Positions 10,027 to 20,566 of a DNA stretch of 64,000 bases are shown piece after piece. The stretch comes from an uncultured Spirochaetota bacterium. GTDB taxonomy: Bacteria > Spirochaetota > Spirochaetia > SZUA-6 > Fen-1364. The number at the start of each line of letters is the position of its first letter. Position 1 is the stretch's first letter. A program made the position numbers and the translations under genes. The DNA lies in contig CAWAHW010000001.1 in NCBI GenBank assembly GCA_963781885.1, positions 96,001-160,000 on the forward strand, in the 5' to 3' direction. The notes beneath the pieces are model-generated. The model was not told where the DNA came from. It made no database searches and worked only from the letters and a program-made list of their open reading frames with translations.

Positions 10027-10662
10027 ATGAAAACATTCGTCGTTCTTGCCGGCAACATCGGCGCGGGCAAATCCACGCTCGTGAAGATGATGTGCGACCA
10101 GCTGGACTGGGAGCCGTACTTCGAGCCTGTCGCCGAAAACCCCTATCTGCAGGATTTCTACGCCGACATGAAGCGATGGGCTTTCCATTCGCAGGTCTTC
10201 TTTCTCACGTGGCGCGCGCAGGCCCACCGCGCGCTCATGGACATCCCGCGCCCGGTCGTGCAGGACCGTTCGTTCTACGAGGATGCGCTGGTCTTCGCGC
10301 GCGCGCTCCACGTGCAGGGCGCCATCAGCCCGCGCGATTGGGACACGTACCGCGGCCTCTATCGGACGCTCACGACGCTCCTCGCTCCGCCGGACCTCGT
10401 GGTCTACCTGCGCGCGTCCGTGCCGACGCTGCGCGCGCGCATCGCGCTGCGGGGCAGGGCCTTTGAGGCGTCCATCACGGACGCCTACCTCGACGGGCTC
10501 AACACCCTGTACGAGGAGTGGATCGCCGGCTTCGATCTTGCCCCGGTGCTGATCGTGCCCGCCGACCGGGTGGATTTCGTGAAGGACGCGGCGCAGCTTG
10601 CGCGCGTCATCGAGACGGTCAGAGAAAGGCTGCGCGGCAGGCAGGGGGAGCTGTTCGAATGA
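10027..10662 (+). CDS. Deoxynucleoside kinase
   Basis: P-loop 'GNIGAGKST', 'EPVAENPYL.DFY', 'QDRSFYED', 'PDLVVYL', 'RIALRGR'. Confidence 0.93.
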   Translation: MKTFVVLAGNIGAGKSTLVKMMCDQLDWEPYFEPVAENPYLQDFYADMKRWAFHSQVFFLTWRAQAHRALMDIPRPVVQDRSFYEDALVFARALHVQGAISPRDWDTYRGLYRTLTTLLAPPDLVVYLRASVPTLRARIALRGRAFEASITDAYLDGLNTLYEEWIAGFDLAPVLIVPADRVDFVKDAAQLARVIETVRERLRGRQGELFE

Positions 10663-11892
10663 ACCCTCACGACAGGGACATCCTGCGCGCGCTGGCGGCG
10701 GAAACGGCGGACATCGCCGCGCTGCCGGTGCAGGAGGAAAAGCGCCGTCTCTGGCGCCGGTTGAATGCGCGCGCCCCCGAGCGCCCCATGGTCATGATCG
10801 ACCAGGTCTGCTGGAACGAGATGGCAATCGATGACGAGCTCGCCCTCCTCTGCATCGATCCCGAATGCCGCCAGTATGAAGAGGGCCTCCGCCGCACCCT
10901 GTTCCAGTGGAGGCATTTTCCCGTCGACATGGTGATCGAGCCGTTCCTGCGCGTCCCCCGGGCGGTCCGCAACACCGGATTCGGCATCGAGGTCGACGAA
11001 GAGATCGCGGTGACGGACCCCCACAACGACGTGGTCGGCCGCCGTTTTCGCAACCAGCTCCAGGGCGACGCCGACATCGAGAGGATGCGGCTGCCGCGCA
11101 TCAGCCACGACGAGGTGGAGACGGAGCGCCGGCTCGCGGTCGCGCACGGGCTTTTCGACGGCGTGCTGGAAGTGCGGCCGTGGGGGCTGGATCCCTATCT
11201 CTCGCTGTGGGACCCGATCAGCATGTGGATGGGTGTCGAAGGCGCCCTGTACGCGCTGATGGATCGGCCCGATTTCATGCATCGCCTCGTGGGCCGTATG
11301 ACCGACGGGTACCTGTCCATGCTCGACCAGCTGGAGGAACAGGGGTTGCTCTGCCAGCCGCAGAGCCTCATCCACTGCACGGGAGCGTGGACGGACGAGC
11401 TGCCCGCGCCGGGCTACGACCCCGGCCAGGCCGCGCACGAAGGACGTCTGGATGTTCGGCCTCGCGCAGATGTTCTCCACGGTCTCCCCTGCCATGTTCA
11501 AGGAGTTCGAGGTCGATTACGCGAGCCGCATCTGCGCCCGGTTCGGCCTCGTCTACTATGGGTGCTGCGACCCCCTGGACGGCAAGATGGCGGAAGTGCG
11601 CATGATCCCGAATGTGCGCAAGATATCCATGAGCCCGTGGGCCGACCAGGCCAAGGGCGCGGAGCGCATCGGATGCGACTTCGTCTTTTCCCGCAAGCCG
11701 AATCCGGCGTTTCTTGCGGTGAGCACATTCGACGACGAGCGGGTGCGGGATGACTTGAAGGCGACCCGCGCCGTCTGCGCCCGCGAAGGCTGCCCGCTTG
11801 AGATCATCATGAAGGACATCAGCACCGTTGGCTATCGGCCTGAAAGGTTATTCCGCTGGGCAGATATCGCAATGGAAGTCGTCAGGGCTTGA
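10659..11892 (+). CDS. Uroporphyrinogen decarboxylase/CIMS-like fold protein of unknown function; frameshift near 11425
   Basis: 'MGVEGALYALMDRPDFMHRL', 'VSPAMFKEF', 'YYGCCDPLD', 'RKISMSPWAD', 'SRKPNP'. Joins the two ORF frames; ATGA overlap with the kinase gene. Confidence 0.65.
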
Positions 11893-13272
11893 GTGCCGCC
11901 CGCGCCGCCGCGGCTTCGGGCAGCGCTTCCCTTTTCGCCATCGATCCAAGAAGGGCGTTGAAGCCGCGTTGCGTCCACTTCTTCTCTTCGTCGGAAAGTC
12001 CTTCGCCAAAAGTGAAGCGCCGCGCGCCGACCTCGAACTGCAGGCAGGTCGTCCGTCTCCCGTTCACGCTGCCGGTTTCGGCAAGGGTCAGTTTGCCCAC
12101 CTCCGCGGCGGGCGCAAGCACGTTTTTGCCCCTGCGGAATCGTCGCGCGCAGGAAAAGCCCTGGACAGGATCGAAGCGGAGAAGCGTTCTGCCGAAAAAG
12201 CCGGCGAGGGACCTGCGCAGGAGCCAGGCGCCCGCGAGCCAGAACGGGATGGAAAAGAGGGACATCTGCCACGCGCCCAGGCGCGCGGTGAGAAATGTCC
12301 AGAAGGCAACGAAGGCGAGCCAGAAGATGGAAAAGCCACCCAGAATCGCGGCGGCACCCGCGGGACCGCTCTCGGGGATCACGAGCGTCACGACGTCACC
12401 GTTGCGGGTCGCCTTGATGCGCGAGAAGCGCGGCGGCGCAAAATCCACCGCGTCGTCCGACGCGGCGCGCGCGGGCGTCTCTCCCTGCAGGTAGCGGATG
12501 GCCGTTTCCACGGGAAGCGATCGCTTCGCCTCATCCGGCTCCAGCCAGGAATCGAGCACCGCGGCAAGCCCCGGGGAAAGCTCGATGGCAGGAGACATCG
12601 ATCTTCATGTCCTTCACCGGGCAGATCCTGCGGATCCTTGTGCGTGAGAAGGAAGAGAAAGGTCGCGGCGCAGGAGTACAGGTCGGAGCGAACGGTGGCC
12701 CTTCCGACGAACTGCTCCATCGGCATGTACCCCGGCGTGCCGACGACGGTCTGGCCTTCGCCGCGGGAGAGGCGCAGAGCGTCCTGGACGCCGCCGAAGT
12801 CCACCAGAAAGACGACGCCGTCCTCCCGCACGATGACGTTGCGCGGATTGATGTCGCGATGGATGATGGGAGGCCGCAGCGAATGGATGTACTGCACCGC
12901 CTCCAGGAGACGCACGGCGAGCGCGCGTATCTCCTCCTCGGTCCCGCGCCAGCCGGCATTCACCTTGTCGCGGAGGCTCACGCCGTCCACAAGCTCCTGC
13001 ACGAGCACGAGCTGCGTCTTTGGCCCTTCTCCGACGGAAAACGAATCGACATACGCGGGGATTCCGGCATGATGGAGGCTCTTCAGCACGGACGTTTCCC
13101 GCTGGAAAAGCTCGAAGCCCTTCCAATCTGGGAGCGCGCGGACGGAAAGAAGCTTCACGACCACCGCGCGTCCCGTCTTCCTGTCCTCCGCGCGCCAGGT
13201 GACCGCGAATGCACCCGCCCTGATCTGACTTTTCAGGACGTATCTTTTGCCGACGATGTCTCCCGGCTTCAC
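11882..13272 (-). CDS. Hanks-type Ser/Thr protein kinase with a C-terminal two-TM membrane domain; frameshifted near 12600-12620
   Basis: 'IRAGAFAVTW', 'VVVK', 'HRDINPRN', 'DFG', 'GTPGYMPMEQ', 'SDLYS'. The ORF 11882-12598 supplies the kinase tail and TM helices. Confidence 0.85.
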
Positions 13273-13353
13273 GGGAAAGGATTCTCCCCGTGCGCAGGCG
13301 TGCCGTCAAGGAAACACCGTGGCCGGCGCAAATGCCGCAAGCTCGCGGCTGGC

Positions 13354-15255
13354 CTAAATCTCCACGCCGCCGCGCTGCGTATCGTACAGCTTCCGGAAGT
13401 AGCCGTTCGCCGCGACAAGCTCCTCGGGGCTCCCGCGCTCGACGATCTTGCCCGCATCCACCACGAGCACCGTGTCGGCGTCGCGGATGGTCGACAGCCG
13501 GTGAGCGATGATGAAGCTCGTCCTGCCCTTCATGAGCTCGATCATGCCCTGCTGGATGCGAAGCTCCGTGCGCGCGTCCACGGAGCTCGTTGCCTCGTCG
13601 AGCACGAGCAGCGTGGGCGTGGCGAGCACGGCGCGCGCAATGGCGATGAGCTGCCGCTGACCGAGGCTGAGATTGGCACCTGACTCGACGAGCACCGTGT
13701 CGTAGCCCTGCGCGAGCCGCTCGATGGCGTGATCGGCCCCTGCCAGCCGCGCGGCGCGGCGTATCTCTTCCTCCGACGCATCCGGCCGGGCATAGCGGAT
13801 GTTCTCCCGCACGGTTCCCGCAAAGAGCCATCCATCCTGAAGCACGACCCCGAAGACCCGGCGCAGGCTGGCGCGGGTGTAGTCGCGGATGTCGACGCCG
13901 TCCACGAGGATGGAGCCCCCACTCAGCTCGTAGAATCGCGTGAGGAGGTTCACGATCGTGGTCTTGCCTGCGCCCGTGCGCCCGACGATGGCGGTGACGC
14001 TGCCCGCCGGGGCATCGAAGCTCACACCGCGCAGCACCGGCACATCGGCGCGGTAGCCGAAGCTCACGTCGCGGAACTCCACGACGCCCCGCGGCTGCAC
14101 GAGCTCGCGCGCGCCGGGCGCATCGGCAGGCTCCTCCTTCTCGTCCATGACCTCGAACACGCGTTCGGCGCCGGCAATGGCAGACATCAGGGTGTTATAG
14201 GTGTTTGCGATGTCGTTGAGCGGCCGCACGAACTGGCGGGAATACGAGATGAACGTGGCGATGAGACCGACGCTGATGAGGCCGCGGACGGCCATGTAGC
14301 CGCCGGCGACGGCGACGGTGGCAAAGCCGAGGTTGCCGATGACGTTCATCATCGGCATGAGGAAACCCGCCCAGATCTGTGCGCGGGTGCCGCAGCGGCG
14401 GAGCCGTTCGTTGATGAGCGCGAATCGTTCACGCGTCTGCGGCTCCCGTCCGAACGCCTTCACCGCCTGAATGCCCGAGACCGTCTCTTCGATATGGCCG
14501 TTGAGCGCGCCCAGCTCGTCCTGCTGCTCCTTGTAGAGCGCCCGGGTGTTCCGCGAGATCGCGCGGGTCAGGAGAAAGATCAGGGGAACGGGGAGGAGGC
14601 TCGCAAGGGCCATGAACGGGCTCAGGGCGATCATGATGACGAGCGTGCCGGAAACGACCACGACGCCCGACATGAGCTGCACGGCGGACTGGGACACGGT
14701 GACGCTCACCGCGTCGGCGTCGTTCGTGAGCCTGCTCATGATGTCGCCGTGGGGATGCATGTCGAAGTACCCCAGGGGGATGCGCTGCATTTTCGCGAAA
14801 AGCCCTTCGCGGATGTTGCGCACCATCCTCTGGGAGACCCCTGCCATGATCCACCCTTCGATGCTCTGAAGGATTGCGCCGCCGAGATAGGCGGCCAGGA
14901 GCGCAATGGCGGCGATGGCGAGGGCGGCGAGAGGCTCGCGCACGGTGCCGAATGCGGAGGTCACGAACGCCTTCGTGGCATCCAGCGCCGAAATGGCATC
15001 CACGCCGCGGCCGATGAGGTACGGTCCCGCCATGCCGAGCGCGGAATCCACCAGGATGAAGCCGAAGACCAGGCCGATGCGCCCGCGCTCGCCGCGGAAA
15101 TAGGCCCAGGTCCGACTCAGCGCGTGGCGGAGGTTTCGTGGCTTCACGGTGGGAGCGCGCATGCCGGGTCCGGGCCCGCGCCCGGGCATGCCCGGCACCG
15201 CGGCGAGAGAAGGCCCCTGCGGGCGGGGGGCGGCTCCATCCTGTCGATCAGACAT
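13354..15255 (-). CDS. ABC exporter, fused TMD-NBD (heterodimer subunit B)
   Basis: Six TM segments; Walker A 'GRTGAGKTT'; signature 'LSLGQRQ'; 'LDEATSSVD'; 'IAHRLST'. Confidence 0.95.
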   Translation of the reverse strand: MSDRQDGAAPRPQGPSLAAVPGMPGRGPGPGMRAPTVKPRNLRHALSRTWAYFRGERGRIGLVFGFILVDSALGMAGPYLIGRGVDAISALDATKAFVTSAFGTVREPLAALAIAAIALLAAYLGGAILQSIEGWIMAGVSQRMVRNIREGLFAKMQRIPLGYFDMHPHGDIMSRLTNDADAVSVTVSQSAVQLMSGVVVVSGTLVIMIALSPFMALASLLPVPLIFLLTRAISRNTRALYKEQQDELGALNGHIEETVSGIQAVKAFGREPQTRERFALINERLRRCGTRAQIWAGFLMPMMNVIGNLGFATVAVAGGYMAVRGLISVGLIATFISYSRQFVRPLNDIANTYNTLMSAIAGAERVFEVMDEKEEPADAPGARELVQPRGVVEFRDVSFGYRADVPVLRGVSFDAPAGSVTAIVGRTGAGKTTIVNLLTRFYELSGGSILVDGVDIRDYTRASLRRVFGVVLQDGWLFAGTVRENIRYARPDASEEEIRRAARLAGADHAIERLAQGYDTVLVESGANLSLGQRQLIAIARAVLATPTLLVLDEATSSVDARTELRIQQGMIELMKGRTSFIIAHRLSTIRDADTVLVVDAGKIVERGSPEELVAANGYFRKLYDTQRGGVEI

Positions 15256-17042
15256 CGACAGCCTCCTTGCCGAGCTGGGCCACGCAAATGTCGCGGTAGA
15301 CCTCGCAGTCCCGGAGAAGCTCGTGGTGCCGGCCGCTCCCGACGGCTTTGCCGTCGTCGAGCACGAGCACCCAATCGGCCGCTGCCGCCGCGGAGATGCG
15401 CTGCGTGATGAGGATGCAGGTGAATCCGGTTGTCGTATTGCGGATCTCTTTCAGGATCTCCGCCTCGGTGATCGAGTCGACGGAGCTGGTGCAGTCGTCG
15501 AGGATGAGCACCTCGGGCTGCCGTACCAGCGCGCGCGCGATGGCCAGCCTCTGCTTTTGCCCGCCGGAGAGGGAGAGCCCGCCCTGTCCGAGCATGGTCC
15601 CGTAGCCCTCGGGGAAACGCATTACAAAGGAATGAGCCTGGGCGCGCCGGCATGCCTCCTGCAGGTCCGCGTCGGTGGCGTCGGCCCTGCCCCACCGGAG
15701 GTTTTCCGCGATCGTGCCCGTGAAAAGGACCGTCTTCTGCGGCACCAGGGCGATGCGTTGACGCAGATCGGGGAGGTCGATCTCCCGCACGTCCATGCCC
15801 CCCACGCTGATGCTGCCGCTCGAAGGGTCATAAAACCGGGGCACGAGCGCGGCAAGCGTGCTCTTGCCCGAACCGGTGGAGCCGATGATGGCGGTGATTT
15901 TTCGCGGCTCGCACTCCAGGCTCACGTCCTCCAGGACGAGCCTGCCGAGGGCTCCGGGATAGGAGAAGGAAACACCCTTGAAGCTCACGGACGTGCCTGC
16001 CGCTCCCGCGCCAATGCGGGGCGCAGCCGGCGCGGCCGGATGCGGCCCACCGGGAACGGGCGCCAGATGGGATTCGCTGCCCGGGCTTTCGCAGCACCGC
16101 CCCGACCCTCTCCCACGATGCGCGCGCCCGCACGAAGGACGTGAAGATCATGGAGATCATGTTCAGGGAGAAGAGAATCTGGGTCATGTAGTTGATGAAG
16201 GCGATGATCTTGCCGACCTGGAGATTGCTGGCCGCCACCCGGATCCCGCCGATCCAGAGGACCGCGACGATGCCGACGTTGATGGTGAGCGTGATGGCCG
16301 GGCCGAACAGCGCCATGGCACGCAGGGCGAATGTCGATGCGCCGGTGAGCTCGGCGTTGGCACCGGCAAAACGCTTCACCTCGCGGTCCTCCTGTCCGAA
16401 GGCCTTCACGACGCGGATGCCGCCGAGATACTCCCGGGTCACCGAGTTCACGCCGTCCAGGCCTTCCTGCACCCTGCGGAATCGGGGGAAGCCGGTGGCG
16501 AGATTGATGATGATGAGCCCTGCCGCGACGGGCACGGCGACCACGAGCACGATGGAGAGCTTCGGCTCGAGGATGACCGCCATTGTGAGGCCCCCGACGG
16601 CCAGAATGGGCGCCTTGGCAAAGAAACGCATGACGCCGTTGACGAAGGTCTGGACCTGGGTCACGTCGTTGGTCTGCCGGGTGATCAGGGAAGCCGTATC
16701 GAAAGAGTCGAGCTCCTCGAAGGAGTAGGACGTGACGCGCTGGAAAAGGTCGGCACGGAGCCGGGCGCCGAACTTGTAGGAAACGATGCTCGCGATGATG
16801 TTCCTGCCTGCCGCGCCGAGGGCACCCGTTCCCGCCACGGCGAGCATCAGCAGGCCGAAGTGCAGGACCACGCCGATGTCCCGGGAAGCGACGCCGCTGT
16901 CGACGATGCGGGCCATGATCGTGGGCTGCAGGAGATCGCACACCGACTCCACCGACAGGCAGGCCAATGCCGCCAGGAAGGGCCAGAGATACGTTCGGAA
17001 GTAGGGAGCGGCGAGGCTCGCGGGGGACTTGCGTCTCTTCAA
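15248..17042 (-). CDS. ABC exporter, fused TMD-NBD (heterodimer subunit A, degenerate site); frameshift near 16070
   Basis: TMD in ORF 15828-17042; NBD in 15248-15988 with 'GSTGSGKST', 'LSGGQKQR', 'LDDCTSSVD', 'TQRIS'. Confidence 0.9.
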
Positions 17043-17178
17043 GTGTCTCTCAGGTGCTTACAGATATGATACTCGGGAACCAGGCGAGCGACAACAGACG
17101 CGGCCGCCGAGGCGTGACACGCGGGGGGCCAAGTCCGCACGCGGTGACGAGGCGCGGCCGGCAGGGTATGCTCCAGGG

Positions 17179-17919
17179 GTGGAGAACACCGTGAGCGCCC
17201 GGATTGTGAAGGCCTCCCGGATGCTTGCCCGGGAGGCAGGCGCGTTGCGCTTTGCCGCGCCCGTTCGTTTTGTGTACAACCCGCTGGACTACGCGGCCGC
17301 GCCGCACGAGGCCTACATTCGCCGGTACGCGGCGGGCCGCAAGCGCATCATCTTCATCGGCATGAACCCCGGCCCCTGGGGCATGGCGCAGACCGGCGTG
17401 CCCTTTGGTGACGTCCCTTTCGCACGGGATTGGCTGGGCATCCACGGTCGGGTCAACCAGCCGCCGCGTGTCCACGAAAAGCATCCGGTCCTGGGCTTTG
17501 CCTGCGCGCGGCGCGAGGTGAGCGGGACGCGCCTCTGGGGCCTCATGCAGGCGCAGTACGGCAGCGCCGATGATTTTGCCCGGGACGCCCTTGTGGCAAA
17601 TTACTGCCCGCTTCTTTTTCTGGACGCCGAAGGACGGAATCTCACGCCCGACAAGCTGCGCGCCTCCGACCGCGCACGGCTTGAAAAGCTCTGCAACCGT
17701 TTTCTCGCCGACCTGATCGAATGTCTCTCCCCCGCCTGGGTCGTCGGCATCGGCGCGTTCGCCGAACGCCGGTGCCGCGACGTGCTTGCCGCGCTGCCCT
17801 CCGCAGCGACCGCGGTGGGCTCCATCCCGCATCCCAGTCCGGCCAACCCGAAGGCCAATCGCGACTGGGCGGGCCTTGCCCGCCGGGCACTCGTCGCGCA
17901 GGGGATCTGGGAGCGCTGA
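17179..17919 (+). CDS. SMUG1-type (family 3) uracil-DNA glycosylase
   Basis: 'VYNPLDYA', 'GMNPGPWGMAQTGVPFG', 'EVSGTRLW', 'NYCPLLF', 'NLTPDKL', 'HPSPAN'. Confidence 0.92.
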   Translation: MENTVSARIVKASRMLAREAGALRFAAPVRFVYNPLDYAAAPHEAYIRRYAAGRKRIIFIGMNPGPWGMAQTGVPFGDVPFARDWLGIHGRVNQPPRVHEKHPVLGFACARREVSGTRLWGLMQAQYGSADDFARDALVANYCPLLFLDAEGRNLTPDKLRASDRARLEKLCNRFLADLIECLSPAWVVGIGAFAERRCRDVLAALPSAATAVGSIPHPSPANPKANRDWAGLARRALVAQGIWER

Positions 17920-18045
17920 GGGCTCGTCGGAAGCCCGAACGCCCGCGCCCATCCATCGCCCGAAAATCTTCGTAGACTAAATGTGAAGGCGATTCGCGCC
18001 TCCGACAACAATGCGGCGCGACAGCCGCGCAGGAGGGATCATTTC

Positions 18046-18474
18046 ATGAAATGGGGCCGCATATTCCTGGCATCCGGCATTCTTCTCGTGCTCCTGGCCG
18101 CCTGCTCGACCTTTGTGCCGACGGGCGATTTCATTGTCACGGTGACGACCAAGACCCCAAGCAACCCCTACTACAAACAAGGCGTGACGACGACCTATGA
18201 GATAAACGGCGTCGAGGCAAATGAGCTGACGCTGCATTATGGCACGACCTACACATTCGGCATCAACGCGCCCGGTCATCCCTTTTACCTCACCACGTCT
18301 GACATCGGCGGCCCCGGCTTTCCCGGAGAGCTTCCCGCCTCCGCGGGCGTGACCGGGCAGGAGACGGAAACCGGAGAAATGACCTACACGCCAGGCGTGG
18401 CGACGGCGTCTCCCATCTATTATCAATGCGGCGTTCATGACTATATGGGTTGGAAAATCGATCTTGTACCATAG
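18046..18474 (+). CDS. Cupredoxin-like lipoprotein
   Basis: Lipobox LAAC; type-1 copper-like ligand pattern 'GHPF'...'YYQCGVHDYMG'; AGGAGG RBS. Confidence 0.72.
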   Translation: MKWGRIFLASGILLVLLAACSTFVPTGDFIVTVTTKTPSNPYYKQGVTTTYEINGVEANELTLHYGTTYTFGINAPGHPFYLTTSDIGGPGFPGELPASAGVTGQETETGEMTYTPGVATASPIYYQCGVHDYMGWKIDLVP

Positions 18475-18495
18475 TCAATGCAAGGAGGGCCTCGC

Positions 18496-19245
18496 ATGCA
18501 CCGCAAAGCATTGCTCGTGACCGTTCTTCTCGCCGCCGCGGCAGCCCTGTGGGCCTACGAGCCCAGTCTGCCGAACATGACGGTGCCATCGACGCTTGGC
18601 CAGGGCGACCTCGACGTCCTGTTCACCCACCGATTCCTCGGCAGCGCTCTCGACAATCCCCTGCAGAGCCTCTTCGGCCTGTCGATCGGAGCGAACGTCG
18701 GGTTCGGCGCGCGCTACATGATCCTGCCGGGGCTGCAGGCGCGCGCGTACTACTACACCGACGGTGAAGAGGTGAGCGGCGGCATCGGCTATGGACGATG
18801 GTTCGCCCAGTCCACCATCGGCGTGCAGGCCGATGCGCTCCTTTTCTCACCGGTTGACGCGGACGGAAGGGGCTTCGGCGTCTTTACATCAGTCACGGCG
18901 CAGGCTGCGCTCTTTGCGTACAAGCTGCATTTCGACGTGGAGGCGGGCTACGACAGCTACCTGAATCACATCGGCGTGGGCATCGGGGCGCGTTACGACA
19001 TCCTGCCCAGCCTCACCGTGTTCGGCGAGCTGTATCCCTACCTCCCGCAGGGATGGGAGCTGCATACCGAGGATCTGGGAACGAACACGGGCTACGAGGT
19101 GGGCCTCATGATCACCACCTTTGGCCACCAGTTCAGCGTCCTGGGCGGCAACAACTGGGCGCTGGGCGAGCGCCGGCTCATGGCGGGAGCTCCCGCCATC
19201 AACGGCCTCTATCTGGGGTTCAACATCCAGAGGAAGTTCCCCTAG
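18496..19245 (+). CDS. Outer-membrane beta-barrel protein (DUF5777-like)
   Basis: Signal peptide; 'FTHRF', 'TTFGHQFS' and C-terminal 'LYLGFNIQRKF' strand, typical of DUF5777 as I recall the family. Confidence 0.65.
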   Translation: MHRKALLVTVLLAAAAALWAYEPSLPNMTVPSTLGQGDLDVLFTHRFLGSALDNPLQSLFGLSIGANVGFGARYMILPGLQARAYYYTDGEEVSGGIGYGRWFAQSTIGVQADALLFSPVDADGRGFGVFTSVTAQAALFAYKLHFDVEAGYDSYLNHIGVGIGARYDILPSLTVFGELYPYLPQGWELHTEDLGTNTGYEVGLMITTFGHQFSVLGGNNWALGERRLMAGAPAINGLYLGFNIQRKFP

Positions 19246-19285
19246 TGTCAGCGCCGGCCCGTCGACGTCTTTGCCGCGGCGTTCC

Positions 19286-20461
19286 TCAGTTACATTTCCT
19301 TGAAGTCTGTTCGACCCAATTCAGGATCACCCGGAGTGACAGGCCCAGGTTGCCGATGTGGCAATGGTTTTGCGCCGACTCTTCGCGGGTGAAAAGCCGC
19401 GCGGTCACCGAGCGCGCATGGGTGAGAGACCTGATCTGGTCATGGAGCTGGCTGACAGGAACATAGTGATCCTCCGCGCCCGCCATCAGCAGGACGTCCT
19501 GGGTGACCATGCGTGCGACGTCACCCGTACGGTAAAGCATGATGCGTCTGAAGAAATCGTAGGGCGTGCGCACACCCATCACGTGCATGCCCTGACGGGC
19601 CCCCCATTCGACAACCCTGCTCTTTTGCATGGCCCTCCCCATGAGCGCGTTCACGACGCCTCGCGCCCCGACGCGAAGCAACAGCTTCATGCTGGCCCTG
19701 ACCAAGGGCCTGGTCTGACCGAGCAAGACAGGGAAGAAGTCCGTGAGTATGTCGTCGGCAACGACACGGCTCACGCGGGACTCATGCGCCGCCGCACGGA
19801 TCGCCAGGCAGCCGCCCAGCGAAAAGCCGATGAGCGTCACATCTTCAAGCTGGAAATAGTCAAGGACGGCCGTGACCGGCTTCTCCCATTCGTGGGTCAT
19901 CGGCAGATGGAAGTCCTCCAGCACGGTGCCCTGACCCGGACCTTCGAAGGCAACGACGTCGTAGCCCTCGTCCCGCAGCAGGAAAAACATGGGAAGCCAT
20001 TCTTCGATGTAACTGTCGAAGCCGCCGAAGATGACGAGCGTGCCCTTGGGGTGGGGCGGGGTTAGGCGAAAAGCTGAAAGCTGAGCAGCCTCGTAGGGGA
20101 TGAGAAAATGCCGGGACTCCTCAAGGCCGCAGAGCTCTTTCATCAGGTCGAGGGCACGGCGGCGGACGGTCTGCTTGTCAGGGTCGTCAACGAAGAGGAA
20201 GAACTCTGCCAGACGGAGATAGTAGGCCGCCTTGAGATTGGCCCCGTCGGCCAGCGAAATTTCCGCCAGGCGGAGTATCTCGCGCTTCAGATCGGCGTAC
20301 GTCGCGATCATCGGCGAAACGCCGCGCATCTCCTCCAGCATCACCGGATCTCCGACCCAATTGTAGAAGCGGTTCATCTGGAAGTTGATGCTCACGTCGT
20401 GATGCAACGCGTGGTATCCGACCGGGAAAGTCGTCCGCGCGCCCCCTTTGACAGTCGTCAT
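19286..20461 (-). CDS. Alpha/beta hydrolase (FrsA/DUF1100-like)
   Basis: 'GGFDSYIEE', 'FEGPGQG', nucleophile 'GFSLGG', 'AQNHCHIGN'; GAGGAGG RBS. Confidence 0.85.
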   Translation of the reverse strand: MTTVKGGARTTFPVGYHALHHDVSINFQMNRFYNWVGDPVMLEEMRGVSPMIATYADLKREILRLAEISLADGANLKAAYYLRLAEFFLFVDDPDKQTVRRRALDLMKELCGLEESRHFLIPYEAAQLSAFRLTPPHPKGTLVIFGGFDSYIEEWLPMFFLLRDEGYDVVAFEGPGQGTVLEDFHLPMTHEWEKPVTAVLDYFQLEDVTLIGFSLGGCLAIRAAAHESRVSRVVADDILTDFFPVLLGQTRPLVRASMKLLLRVGARGVVNALMGRAMQKSRVVEWGARQGMHVMGVRTPYDFFRRIMLYRTGDVARMVTQDVLLMAGAEDHYVPVSQLHDQIRSLTHARSVTARLFTREESAQNHCHIGNLGLSLRVILNWVEQTSRKCN

Positions 20462-20473
20462 GTGCTCCTCCTC

Positions 20474-20546
20474 TAACGCAATTAAATTTGCATTAATACC
20501 ATACACCGGTTTCGTTATTAAAGCAAATATATTTGCTTTAATAACG
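20474..20546. promoter_or_regulatory. Two probable TetR operators, including a perfect 34-bp palindrome
   Basis: CGTTATTAAAGCAAATATATTTGCTTTAATAACG (20513-20546) is its own reverse complement. TAACGCAATTAAATTTGCATTA (20474-20495) matches its 22-bp core at 18 of 22 positions. Both lie between the divergent hydrolase and TetR genes. Confidence 0.8.
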
Positions 20547-20566
20547 TCTTGGCGTATACTGGAGCC

